Assembly: GCA_030668875.1 (NCBI GenBank)
Contig: DAOVER010000006.1
Span: 60,001 to 92,000 of the forward strand
Length of the DNA: 32,000 nt
DNA from: Candidatus Heimdallarchaeota archaeon
GTDB taxonomy: Archaea; Asgardarchaeota; Heimdallarchaeia; Heimdallarchaeales; Heimdallarchaeaceae
Reading direction: 5' to 3'
Under the pieces are notes generated by a model that searched no databases, was not told where the DNA came from, and was given only the letters and a program-made list of their open reading frames with translations. Positions 10,526 through 19,585 of the stretch are shown here, in pieces (position 1 is the stretch's first letter; each line of letters begins with the position of its first letter). Both the position numbers and the translations under genes were made by a program.

Positions 10526-10915
10526 TTATGCAGTTCGATGTTCTAAGTTAGTTTCCAACCGCTTTACTCTTTCCTCAAGTATTTGTAATCTTTCCATTAT
10601 ACTGACTATTGTTTCTTCAAGTGCTGACACTTCTGTTTGTTTATCCCTTGAAGCAGTAGCTACCACTTCTTTTAGTAGTATGGAAGCTTGTTCAGTTATA
10701 TTTTTAGTTATTTGATCGAGCATAAACTCGTTTAAGTATAGATTAACTTCTGAGACTACTGTTTTGATATTGTCAAATATCCCTCTTTCAGAAACATCCT
10801 TTACAAGTGTTTCAGCTTCTATTAATCCATCTAATTTAATCTGTATCATCCATTGACCTTTAATGTTCATTAACGCTATGGAATATCTAGTTCCTGGAAT
10901 CTTTGTTTCATACAT
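10526..10915 (-). CDS. Hypothetical protein with a C-terminal coiled coil
   Basis: 129 aa ATG ORF with heptad-like C-terminus LEETIVSIMERLQILEERVKRLETNL; no family recognised. Confidence 0.7.
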   Translation of the reverse strand: MYETKIPGTRYSIALMNIKGQWMIQIKLDGLIEAETLVKDVSERGIFDNIKTVVSEVNLYLNEFMLDQITKNITEQASILLKEVVATASRDKQTEVSALEETIVSIMERLQILEERVKRLETNLEHRTA

Positions 10916-11085
10916 GTCATTACACCATTTTTTGCCACTTAAACTAAATTGTATCCAGCATATTAGTCAAAGTTCTACTGCTTATTAATACTATAACTTT
11001 TAAATTTAAAACATTAACGGATTTACGTCTTTGGTTAAAATTGTCTCTGAGGGCAAATCTTTAAACCGTTGTATATTATAGCAGT

Positions 11086-13089
11086 ATGCCCATGAGCAAA
11101 TACGTAGAGACTGTTTCTTCTTCCATGCAGGATAAGGCAAAGATACGTAATGTAAGTATTGTCAGTCATGTTGATCACGGCAAAACAACCTTGTCGGATC
11201 ATCTTTTACAAGCAGGTGGGTTGATTTCACAAACAATGGCGGGGACTGCGAGAGCACTTGATTACCTTGATGAAGAGCAAAAACGAGGGATAACTATCAA
11301 GACGGCTAATATATCTTTAGTATACAAATATAACAATATCTCACATTTAATTAACTTAGTAGATACACCAGGTCATGTTGACTTTTCAGGAATGGTTTCA
11401 CAAGCTTTGCGTTTAGTGGATGGTGCAATTATAGTAGTAGATGCCGTTGAGCAAATTATGGCTCAAACTGAATCAGTAATTAGGCAAGCAATGGGTGAAT
11501 GTCTACGCCCGATACTATTCATAAATAAGATTGATCGGTTAATAAACGAACTCAAACTACCCAAAAGGGAGATAGAAGCTAGAATTAACAACATAATTCA
11601 AATGGTTAATGAATTAATAACTCAATACACCCACTCTCAATTTAGAGAGAAGTGGAAGGTAAAATTTGATAATGGAACCGTAATAATTGGGTCAGCATTA
11701 AATGGTTGGGCAATATCAGCATATTCCAAGAATGCTCCATCGTTTGATGAAATAATTAAACTACACTTGGAAAATAGTTCTAATGAACTGAAAATAAATT
11801 TTCCTATAACGAAATCAATTTTATCCTCCATCATAGATAACGTTCCTAATCCTAAAGAAGCCCAAAAAGACCGCTATAGGCATATAACACAGTTCAGTGA
11901 CCAGAAATCTGAAAAGGCACTAATAGAATGTGATGATAATGGTCCGACAATTTCATGTCTAGGGAAACTATTATACGAAGATAATAGAGGTTTAATCTCT
12001 GTTGTTAGAATCTTCTCAGGAACAATAAAATCAGGTAGTGTTCTCTTGAATAGAAGGACAGGAGAATCTTCTAGAGTTCAACAAGTCTGTATCTATAAAG
12101 GTCAGTCTCTTGTAAAACTAGATTCGGTTGGAGCAGGTAATATTGCTGTTCTTATTGGGATGAAAAATGTCCAAATAGGAGATACTATTATTGATAAGAT
12201 AGATAAATTCCCAAATATTCTGTTTAATCAGATATCCTACCTTCAAGAATCGGTTATTTCTAGACGAGTGGAACCAGAGAAGGTATCTGACATACCTAAA
12301 TTGCAAAAGTTGCTTGATATATTGTCACTGATTAAACCAAATTTTCGTCATTCAACTGATGAAAATACAGGAGAGATGAAGATATTTGGTATTGGAGAAC
12401 TTCAACTTGAAATTATAATTGGTGAAATCGAAAAAAGTAGTATTAGGGTATATGTTTCAAATCCTGAAGTAACTCTTGTTGAGCAAATTGAAAAAGCAGT
12501 AATATTGACAAAGCAAGATCAACTTGGTCTATTACAAATCACTATTGAATGCAAACCAACAACTGACAGTGAAAAAGAATGCATATATTCAGATTATAGG
12601 GATAATTGTCTAGTAGTTGAGGATAAAATTTGTGGGGAGGAATTATATGATTTACTAAAACCAGGTTTTCGGAACGCGATTCTTAAAGGACCTTTAAGAG
12701 GTTATTTGGTTAGAAAACTAACTTTGATTGTCAAGGAAATCAAAGAACTCAAACCAAATTCTATCAGATATGAAATAATGATACCCTTAGTAAGAAATGC
12801 TATTCATGAAGCTATTATTGAAGGTAATGTAGGTATTTACGAACCAATTTATTCCTTTTCAATCAATACACCTCTTCAGTATATGGGTTCTATCTTAGCT
12901 GTAGTTCAAAGATTTAACTGTGATATTTCTGATACAGAGCATTACGTTTCACGAACAATAATTAGTGGAGAAATAAGTGTAGAATCATCACTTCAAATAG
13001 CAACTGAATTAAGAGGAGCTTCTGAAGGTTACGCTTTTTGGCAATTTGAATTTCAAGGATATAAGAAGAAAAAATCAAATAATAAGTAA
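11086..13089 (+). CDS. fusA: Elongation factor 2 paralog (aEF-2p-like translational GTPase), shortened, diphthamide HRG motif absent
   Basis: G1 SHVDHGKTT, RGITI, DTPGHVDF, NKID, FGIGELQLEI, YEPIY, ELRGASEGYA. 667 aa, shorter than canonical aEF-2, and no HEDxxHRG loop in domain IV. Confidence 0.85.
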   Translation: MPMSKYVETVSSSMQDKAKIRNVSIVSHVDHGKTTLSDHLLQAGGLISQTMAGTARALDYLDEEQKRGITIKTANISLVYKYNNISHLINLVDTPGHVDFSGMVSQALRLVDGAIIVVDAVEQIMAQTESVIRQAMGECLRPILFINKIDRLINELKLPKREIEARINNIIQMVNELITQYTHSQFREKWKVKFDNGTVIIGSALNGWAISAYSKNAPSFDEIIKLHLENSSNELKINFPITKSILSSIIDNVPNPKEAQKDRYRHITQFSDQKSEKALIECDDNGPTISCLGKLLYEDNRGLISVVRIFSGTIKSGSVLLNRRTGESSRVQQVCIYKGQSLVKLDSVGAGNIAVLIGMKNVQIGDTIIDKIDKFPNILFNQISYLQESVISRRVEPEKVSDIPKLQKLLDILSLIKPNFRHSTDENTGEMKIFGIGELQLEIIIGEIEKSSIRVYVSNPEVTLVEQIEKAVILTKQDQLGLLQITIECKPTTDSEKECIYSDYRDNCLVVEDKICGEELYDLLKPGFRNAILKGPLRGYLVRKLTLIVKEIKELKPNSIRYEIMIPLVRNAIHEAIIEGNVGIYEPIYSFSINTPLQYMGSILAVVQRFNCDISDTEHYVSRTIISGEISVESSLQIATELRGASEGYAFWQFEFQGYKKKKSNNK

Positions 13090-13332
13090 TTTTATATTTC
13101 TTACTTAAATTTAGTTAGAAAGCTCAACATTTAGAAATATTGAAATAAGCGCAAAATATAAATTACCAATATAATACGTTGAAAATACGTAAAAAATCAA
13201 TTGAAAAGTGTTTTTTTGGGATAGATTAATCACAAGATAATATGGGTGGCTCAGAACTCAAGATCCTCAACATCAAATTCAGTAAAGGGCTAGACTCGTC
13301 ATTGCCAAATAAAAATAATATATCTTGCTTTT

Positions 13333-14646
13333 TTATTTTCCCATTTCAGCAATAATTCTTTCAGAAATACTTGAGCATTGTTCAATTATTCTTTCTTTGT
13401 TCAATGTTTTATGCTTTCTATTCTCATAAACCATCTTACCATTGACGATAAGATCTGTAACATCTGAACTAGATGAGGAATATATTATATTGGATAAGAC
13501 ATTATTTTGAGGCCAAGAGTGACTCCTTTCAAGAGAGAGAATGGTGAGATCGGCTACTGATTTATCAGAAATACCATTTGAGTTGACACCTAGAGCCTTC
13601 ATGCCGTTAACTGTACCTAATTGAAGTGCTTGTGAATTTTCTAGTACTTTAGGATCATTAAATTTGTATTTTTGAAGCATTGCCGCAGTAGATATTTCTT
13701 CAAGCATTCCAAGATCATTATTAGAGGCATTGCCATCTGTACCTACAGCTACATTAATCCCTAAATCAAGATAGGTGTGAATTGGTGCAATCCCACTAGT
13801 CATCTTAAGATTAGATTGTGGGTTATGTAAAACAGTAAAATCTGTTTCTTTCATAATCTTCCAATCTTTGTTTGAAGTATCTACACAATGAGCAGCCAAG
13901 ATTTTACTTTCTGTTAAACCAAGTTTATGTACATATTCAATGGGTGACATACCAAAGTTGTCTAGAGCCTCTTCTACTTCTCTTTTTGTTTCATTAAGAT
14001 GAATATGGATAGGTAGAGAATTCTTGAGAGCTAAATCCTTTACTCTGTGTATATATTCCTCTGGAACCGTATATGGCGCATGTGGCCCTATACCAAAATT
14101 AACTAGTTTATTTTTATTCGAAAATTTATTGTTGAGTAGATTAGAAACATGTTTCCAAGTATTTTCAATACTGCCTGATTCCGGTGTATTATCAAAAACT
14201 GAGGGGCAAATTAATGCCCTTATTTTGGCTTCTTTCGTTGCTTTTTCGATAGATTCTGCGTAAAAGTACTGATCTATGAAACCTGAAGCTCCCGATTCAA
14301 TCAATTCAAGACAACCCAAGAGAGTACCATAGTATGCATCCTCGGGAGTCATTTGATGTTCAAAAGGCCAAATATAATCATTTAACCAAGTCAGTAATTT
14401 TTCATTATCGCAAATTCCCCTTAACAGTGTTTCAGGAATGTGAGTATGTGAATTTACTAAGGAAGGAATTACAATGTGATTTTTGCGTTCTAGTTTATCA
14501 TGACCAGACACTAACTTCTTCACATCCTCTGCTTTTCCAACTGCAACTATCTCATTATTTTCAATAAGAATGCCACCGTGTTTTATTACTTTATTACAGG
14601 TGGAACCCGATACAATAAACTTAGAATCAATAAATAGCTCACTCAT
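13333..14646 (-). CDS. Metal-dependent amidohydrolase (MTA/SAH deaminase-like)
   Basis: NSHTH, GPHAPYT, HIHLNET, AAHCV, HNPQSNLK, GTDGNASNN. The substrate cannot be assigned from sequence alone. Confidence 0.85.
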   Translation of the reverse strand: MSELFIDSKFIVSGSTCNKVIKHGGILIENNEIVAVGKAEDVKKLVSGHDKLERKNHIVIPSLVNSHTHIPETLLRGICDNEKLLTWLNDYIWPFEHQMTPEDAYYGTLLGCLELIESGASGFIDQYFYAESIEKATKEAKIRALICPSVFDNTPESGSIENTWKHVSNLLNNKFSNKNKLVNFGIGPHAPYTVPEEYIHRVKDLALKNSLPIHIHLNETKREVEEALDNFGMSPIEYVHKLGLTESKILAAHCVDTSNKDWKIMKETDFTVLHNPQSNLKMTSGIAPIHTYLDLGINVAVGTDGNASNNDLGMLEEISTAAMLQKYKFNDPKVLENSQALQLGTVNGMKALGVNSNGISDKSVADLTILSLERSHSWPQNNVLSNIIYSSSSSDVTDLIVNGKMVYENRKHKTLNKERIIEQCSSISERIIAEMGK

Positions 14647-14716
14647 TAGAACTCAGTTTGATTCTAAAAACTAAAAAGAAAAGTCTTTCCCTTCCCTGGA
14701 ATAATAAATAGATAGT

Positions 14717-15940
14717 TTATAATTCGTCTACCTCAAAGATTTTTGACAATCTAAAGTCACTATCTAGTACATCCCTTACCTGCTTGGATGAAACAGTTAG
14801 ATGTATTCTTTTAGAGCGACCATAACGTCCTTTACTAATAACTTGAGCTGTAACAATCCCTAGCATATCTAATTCATTAATTAAATCTCCAACTCTTCTT
14901 GCTGTTAATTGATCTAATCTGACTAGCTTACAGATTTTATTATAAATCTCATAAACATCTCCTGTGGTAATCTCATCATTTTTTCCTTCACCAAGATAGA
15001 TTGCCTGTAAAACTGCTTTTGTTTGAATTGGTAAAGATGTTAAAACCTCAATAACTGTGTTTCTTTCTATCACTTGCTGAGCTTTGCGTACATAGATTTC
15101 AGTAATCTTTTCTTCACCATTACGCTCAACAAGTTCTGCTGCTACACGTAATAAGTCAAGAGATCTTCGTGCATCTCCGTGCTGCTGGGCGCCTATGGCT
15201 GAACATAGATTAATTACGCCAAAGTCAAGAACATCTTTGTGAAATGCGACTTTGGCTCTTTGTGTAAGAATATCTCGTAACTGTTCTGCGGTATAGGGGG
15301 AAAAAACAATTTCTTCTTCGCTCAAACTACTTCTGATTCTTGGATCTAATGTTTCCTTGAAGTTTACATCATTGGTGATGCCTATAATACTAATTTTTGA
15401 AAAATCTAAATCACTATTCATACGTGTTAAAATGTACAATGATTCAGTACTCTTTTTATAGAGCATATCAACTTCATCAAGAACAGTAACATGTAGTGTA
15501 CTAAGTTCGTCTAAAGCAGCCTTAAATTTCTGATAGATAACATCAAAGTGCAGACCTGTAAAAGGAACATCTATTCCAACATCTTCACATAACTGGGTCA
15601 AGACACGATATTTTGTGTCTACATGTTGGCAATTCATATAGCTGTACTTAAAAGATAAATTCCTTGAATCTGCTGTTGTTTTTAATTTTGATAAGACTTG
15701 TTTAGTTACGGCGGTCTTCCCTGTTCCTGTTGTACCATAAATAAATATGTTAGAAGGTGTTCCACCTCTTAGAGAGGGGGCAAGAATCTTTGCTAACTCT
15801 TCAAACTTTTCATCTCTATGAGGAAGAATATCAGGAACATAATGAGGACTCAGAACCTCTCTATTGGCAAATACATTTGCATCAGCATCCAGATATCTAT
15901 CAAAAATATCATCTATACTATTTGATGGTTTTTCATCCAA
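14717..15940 (-). CDS. cdc6: Orc1/Cdc6 replication initiator
   Basis: YVPDILPHRDE, Walker A GTTGTGKT, Walker B LDEVD, SSLSEEEIVFSPY, GDARRSLDLLR, C-terminal wHTH (ELDMLGIV...GRYGRSK); TTG start. Confidence 0.97.
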   Translation of the reverse strand: MDEKPSNSIDDIFDRYLDADANVFANREVLSPHYVPDILPHRDEKFEELAKILAPSLRGGTPSNIFIYGTTGTGKTAVTKQVLSKLKTTADSRNLSFKYSYMNCQHVDTKYRVLTQLCEDVGIDVPFTGLHFDVIYQKFKAALDELSTLHVTVLDEVDMLYKKSTESLYILTRMNSDLDFSKISIIGITNDVNFKETLDPRIRSSLSEEEIVFSPYTAEQLRDILTQRAKVAFHKDVLDFGVINLCSAIGAQQHGDARRSLDLLRVAAELVERNGEEKITEIYVRKAQQVIERNTVIEVLTSLPIQTKAVLQAIYLGEGKNDEITTGDVYEIYNKICKLVRLDQLTARRVGDLINELDMLGIVTAQVISKGRYGRSKRIHLTVSSKQVRDVLDSDFRLSKIFEVDEL

Positions 15941-16063
15941 TATTTTTCATCTCTCAGCTCGTTGCTACTATGATTTTCAGAGGGTTGTTTAACTTTGTCG
16001 ATAAATGACGTCTATAATGAACGTAAGTACACTGAATTAAAGTATGAGAAATCTAGTGTAAAG

Positions 16064-16378
16064 TCATGTTAGTTTAAACAAAACCTTAGGTCTACCCCTT
16101 GTAGATCTGGGTACAGATTCTTTCTTGACGACACCTTTGTTTATGAGTTTAGCCAGGTTATCATATAGAGTAGATCTAGGTATGTGTGTCATGGAGACAA
16201 TTTGTCCTCTGGTAAGAGGGCCATTATCTGCAATAAGACCAATAAGAAGATTTTCTAATTCGATTTCATAATCAGTCTCATCAGAGTAAACATATACTCT
16301 TCTACTACTTACCACAACACCCTGAATCTGTGATTTCTTACTAATTTTCTTTGTTAATAGGTTCTTACTATGGGCCAT
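16064..16378 (-). CDS. Small winged-helix DNA-binding protein (TrmB/ArsR-like HTH)
   Basis: GPLTRGQIVSMTHIPRSTLYDNLAKLINKGVV...RGRPKVLF; co-oriented upstream of cdc6. Confidence 0.7.
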   Translation of the reverse strand: MAHSKNLLTKKISKKSQIQGVVVSSRRVYVYSDETDYEIELENLLIGLIADNGPLTRGQIVSMTHIPRSTLYDNLAKLINKGVVKKESVPRSTRGRPKVLFKLT

Positions 16379-16509
16379 GTTATCACTCTTTGATTTTTTT
16401 CTACAATGTTAGAGGATTAATGTCGAATAAATAATTCAATATAATCTGCAGAATATCGGAGTAATATCTAAGACTTTTTGTGAGTAGGATTATATATATC
16501 TGACTGAAG

Positions 16510-16857
16510 ATGGCAGTTAATAAAATAAGTAATCTTAGAATTGATATATTAAATGCTATTAATGAAATTGATAATCGTCTAGAGATACTAGGAAGAAATG
16601 ATACAATATTCGGTTTTGTTAGCTCAAAATACATCAAATGCGGAAAAGAAAATTGTAAGTGTGAACGAGGAGGGCAATATCTGCATGGACCTTACTATTA
16701 TCTGCGAATGGAACCTGAATACAAGTATAGTAAATATTTAGGTAAGAAAATACCATCAGCAATAGCAGAAGGTATTGATGTGGGAAAAAGAATCAAAAAC
16801 TTAATTGTAAAAAAGAAGAAGCTATCAAAAGCTCTTGAAAACCTTGAAAAACTTTGA
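16510..16857 (+). CDS. Small basic Cys/His protein (DUF6788-like CGKxxCxC...HGPYYY motif)
   Basis: KCGKENCKCERGGQYLHGPYYYL followed by YLGK. The family name is recalled, not searched. Confidence 0.6.
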   Translation: MAVNKISNLRIDILNAINEIDNRLEILGRNDTIFGFVSSKYIKCGKENCKCERGGQYLHGPYYYLRMEPEYKYSKYLGKKIPSAIAEGIDVGKRIKNLIVKKKKLSKALENLEKL

Positions 16858-17142
16858 TTTTTTTAATTTTAGTTTTTTTCAGCACCGATAAATTGTGTAA
16901 AATGTAATACGTAATAAATACATCATACACAATGGACACACTACTTCACTTAACATATAAATTCATTTAGAGAGCGTCTAATTTGTATATTTGCATGGCA
17001 CAATTCATTTGTGAATGGATGTGGGGATTCCGTTCACCCGTTTTTGAAAAGCTTGTGAACAGAAGATATCATCCGGCAAAAAAAGTGATATGTTAATCCA
17101 TATGTTCAGCACAAAAAAAATTATTGTGAACAAAGGATCACT

Positions 17143-17165
17143 ACCCCTTCATTTCCACTGGAAAC
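17143..17165 (-). promoter_or_regulatory. Origin recognition box (ORB) with G-string
   Basis: Minus strand reads GTTTCCAGTGGAAATGAAGGGGT, matching the established archaeal ORB pattern TTCCAGTGGAAA...GGGG; 1.2 kb from the cdc6 start. Confidence 0.75.
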
Positions 17166-17253
17166 TCGGTATGTGAACAAAGAATCTTACTGTTCACAAT
17201 GTGTGAAGCGCCCTAAACGGTAAATCGTTAGACAATCAGCCTCATATATTACA

Positions 17254-17267
17254 TTTCCATTGGAGAC
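17254..17267 (-). promoter_or_regulatory. Mini-ORB-like box
   Basis: Minus strand GTCTCCAATGGAAA, same orientation as the 17143 box, no G-string. Confidence 0.5.
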
Positions 17268-17332
17268 ATTCACAAACGAGGAAAAAAAATCGGAAAGAAG
17301 AAATCAATTTTGAAGAAGAAAAGGAGGTTTGG

Positions 17333-17401
17333 TTAGTTTGGAAACCAACCAGGTGGGAGAATATCTCCATCTCCTTCGTCAGGATCGTATAGTTTTAACA
17401 T
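17333..17401 (-). CDS. Micro-peptide 1 (22 aa): MLKLYDPDEGDGDILPPGWFPN
   Basis: Manual translation; homologous to four other micro-ORFs. TGTCA lies 68 nt upstream, with purine-rich GAGATGA before the ATG. Confidence 0.7.
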   Translation of the reverse strand: MLKLYDPDEGDGDILPPGWFPN

Positions 17402-17501
17402 TTTACGTCATCTCGGAAAGGTTACCATATTAATAGAAGAAAGCTATAAAATATCAAAAGGAAAAAAGATGACAAAAAAAGAGGTGGCTATTTATCCTGG
17501 T

Positions 17502-19085
17502 TTATAGTGTTAGTGAGCGAATATCTTTTTGTTGCATGTCTAAATAGTCTAACAATTTATTCTCCAATCTGCTGAAACCATAATTCCTGCATTTTTTGAT
17601 GGCCATGTATTGGAGAGCAGGTCCTAGAGGATCACCATTCTTGAAAGCACCAACCTGGATAAAAGCTTCCATGAAAACACGCAATTCGAGAACTTCTATT
17701 TTATGGGTTTGATTTTCATATTTCCTTAACAATGGAGAGATTTCTGCAAAACGATTGATTTTGTAATATTCCTGTGCTGCAAGTAAATCTGCGAAAGCTT
17801 TCTCAACATAAGTCATTCTTTCCTCTACAGGTCTTCTTTTGAGTGTGTTTATTCTCTGAAGAACTTGTTCATCATCACTTCCCTGCCATATTAGGAAGTC
17901 TAGAATGTGTTCTACTCTTTTAGTGCTAGGATTATTTAACTTCTTTATATCTTGTAATTTTGATTTAGTCAAATTGGTATTAAGCAAAAACTCACTTAAC
18001 ATAATGGTATTACTATGATAAGTACCTACATTACTAATAATAGTCTGAATTAGGTCTTGAAATTTTTCTATATTGAAGTCATATAATCTTGATTGAATGT
18101 AAAATTTAGTTAGAGTGAAATCATGGACTATCTGATTTTTATTGAAAGAGTCAAGATTCTTTACAGCTATTTCCTCTTCTAACAACTCCTCGACCTTCTT
18201 CATTTGTTCCAGAGCCAATTCTAATCTTCCTTGTAAAGCATAGGTTGTAGTAATATGAGAAAGAGACATTAAATAGTATCCTGAATAGATACTATCCTTA
18301 TATATAGTTTTCAAAATTCTTTCTGCTTCTAACAAGTGTTTCTCAGTTTCACCAAGATTAAAAGATAACTTATGACTTACGCCAATAAAATAATGCACAA
18401 CAGATTGTATCTCTTCGGGCATGTTAAGAAGAAGGTTGTAATTACTTAGAATGTCTTTAACAAGAGCTAATGATTTCTCTTTGTTTTGTGTTTGTTGATA
18501 TATGACTATTAAAATGCACAAAGTTTTTGCAAAACTTTGGAAATAACCATTTAAATAAAAGAAGTTTCCACACTCTTCTAATATAACTGAACTTTTGAAA
18601 TCTCTTGTTTCCAGCCATTGTTCAACAGCGCAAGTGTATTTTATAAAGTGAAAGATAAATCTATCAGGTTAATCTACTTCTTCTAGTAATTCTAAAGCTT
18701 TGACAATTTCATATTTTCCCCTTTCTTTTTTTCCTTTTAGTTTAGCTATATACCAAGCAAAAGAATGAGAAAAAGCTAAACCTTCCTTATAATTAATTTT
18801 ATTTGCCAAAGTTTGCATTTCATGAAGTAGTTGGATTGATTTTTCCAATTTATCAGCTTGTTGAACAAATTGTAAAATTAAAAGTCCATCCAAAATTACG
18901 CGAGATTTAAAATCTTCAATCTTAGTTGCTATAAGGATACAATCCTCAATCAATTTTATAACAATTTTATCTGATCTCTTGTTAGATGCTAGAATCTTCA
19001 AGTGAGATATTAATGCTTCTAATTCTGCACTTGATTTTAAATGATTGATATGTTCCTGTAATTCACATATTTCCATATAACTCAT
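17502..19085 (-). pseudogene. TPR-like helical-repeat protein, paralog 1, interrupted by one in-frame TAA (18669-18671)
   Basis: ORFs 18669-19085 and 17502-18521 share a frame. The bridge after the stop reads PDRFIFHFIKYTCAVEQWLETRDFKSSVILEECGNFFYLNGYFQSFAKTL and aligns with the same region of paralogs 2 and 3. Total 528 codons, versus 529-530 aa for the paralogs. Confidence 0.8.
17539..17699. repeat. 161 bp near-identical repeat (2 mismatches) shared by the 3' ends of TPR paralogs 1 and 2; partner at 23096-23256
   Basis: Manual alignment at offset 5557; 134 bp perfect run 17566-17699. Confidence 0.9.
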
Positions 19086-19206
19086 CTTTACTAATTTGTG
19101 GAAAGAACATTTCTACACATATATCTCCACTTTCGTATATAAACTAGGTAGATTCACTTTGATAGATATTGTGAAAAAAAATAAAGAAGGGAATAGATTT
19201 CTTGGA

Positions 19207-19275
19207 TTAAGGAAGCCACATAGGGGGTAATATATCTCCGTCTCCTTCGTCAGGATCATATGTTTGTTTTATCAT
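19207..19275 (-). CDS. Micro-peptide 2 (22 aa): MIKQTYDPDEGDGDILPPMWLP
   Basis: Manual translation; SD-like GAGTGAT 5 nt before the ATG; TGTCA 66 nt upstream; T-rich tract downstream. Confidence 0.78.
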   Translation of the reverse strand: MIKQTYDPDEGDGDILPPMWLP

Positions 19276-19436
19276 TGTGTATCACTCATTTAGTTATACT
19301 TAGAAATAGGAAGAAGATACTAAAACAATAAGGAAATTAAATGACACAAAAACAGTAGAATCATTTACTACTATTTAGTTCATTTCAAAATGGAGAGAAA
19401 TTGTTTGTTTCAAGCGCCGAAACGATTGAATATACA

Positions 19437-19558
19437 ATCTTACCACATAAATATTTTTCTCTGTGGTAAGATATTTCTTCTATATCATTTTTCCACCTGA
19501 TCCTTAATATCCTTTCAATTATCTTACCACATTCTTTATTATTTGTGTGGTAAGATAA
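19437..19558. repeat. Two dyad elements ATCTTACCACA-N14-TGTGGTAAGAT, 84 bp apart
   Basis: Arms at 19437-19447/19462-19472 and 19521-19531/19546-19556. Arms and spacer length are identical; spacer sequences differ. Confidence 0.85.
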
Positions 19559-19585
19559 TAATAAAAAAAAGTTTTTCGCTTGAAA

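Larger units (their letters stand above)
17010..17276. repeat. Cluster of short TGTGAA(C/T) motifs in both orientations within the cdc6-proximal intergenic region
   Basis: Copies at about 17010, 17053, 17124, 17172 and 17202 (+) and 17191 and 17268 (-), plus a partial at 17032 (-). 17172-17179 and 17191-17198 form an inverted pair. Confidence 0.55.

Noticed and set aside
17200-19440. Possible direct repeats bounding the TPR paralog 1 unit (AAGCGCC..AAACG at about 17206 and 19412)
   Set aside because: Too short and degenerate to distinguish from chance.
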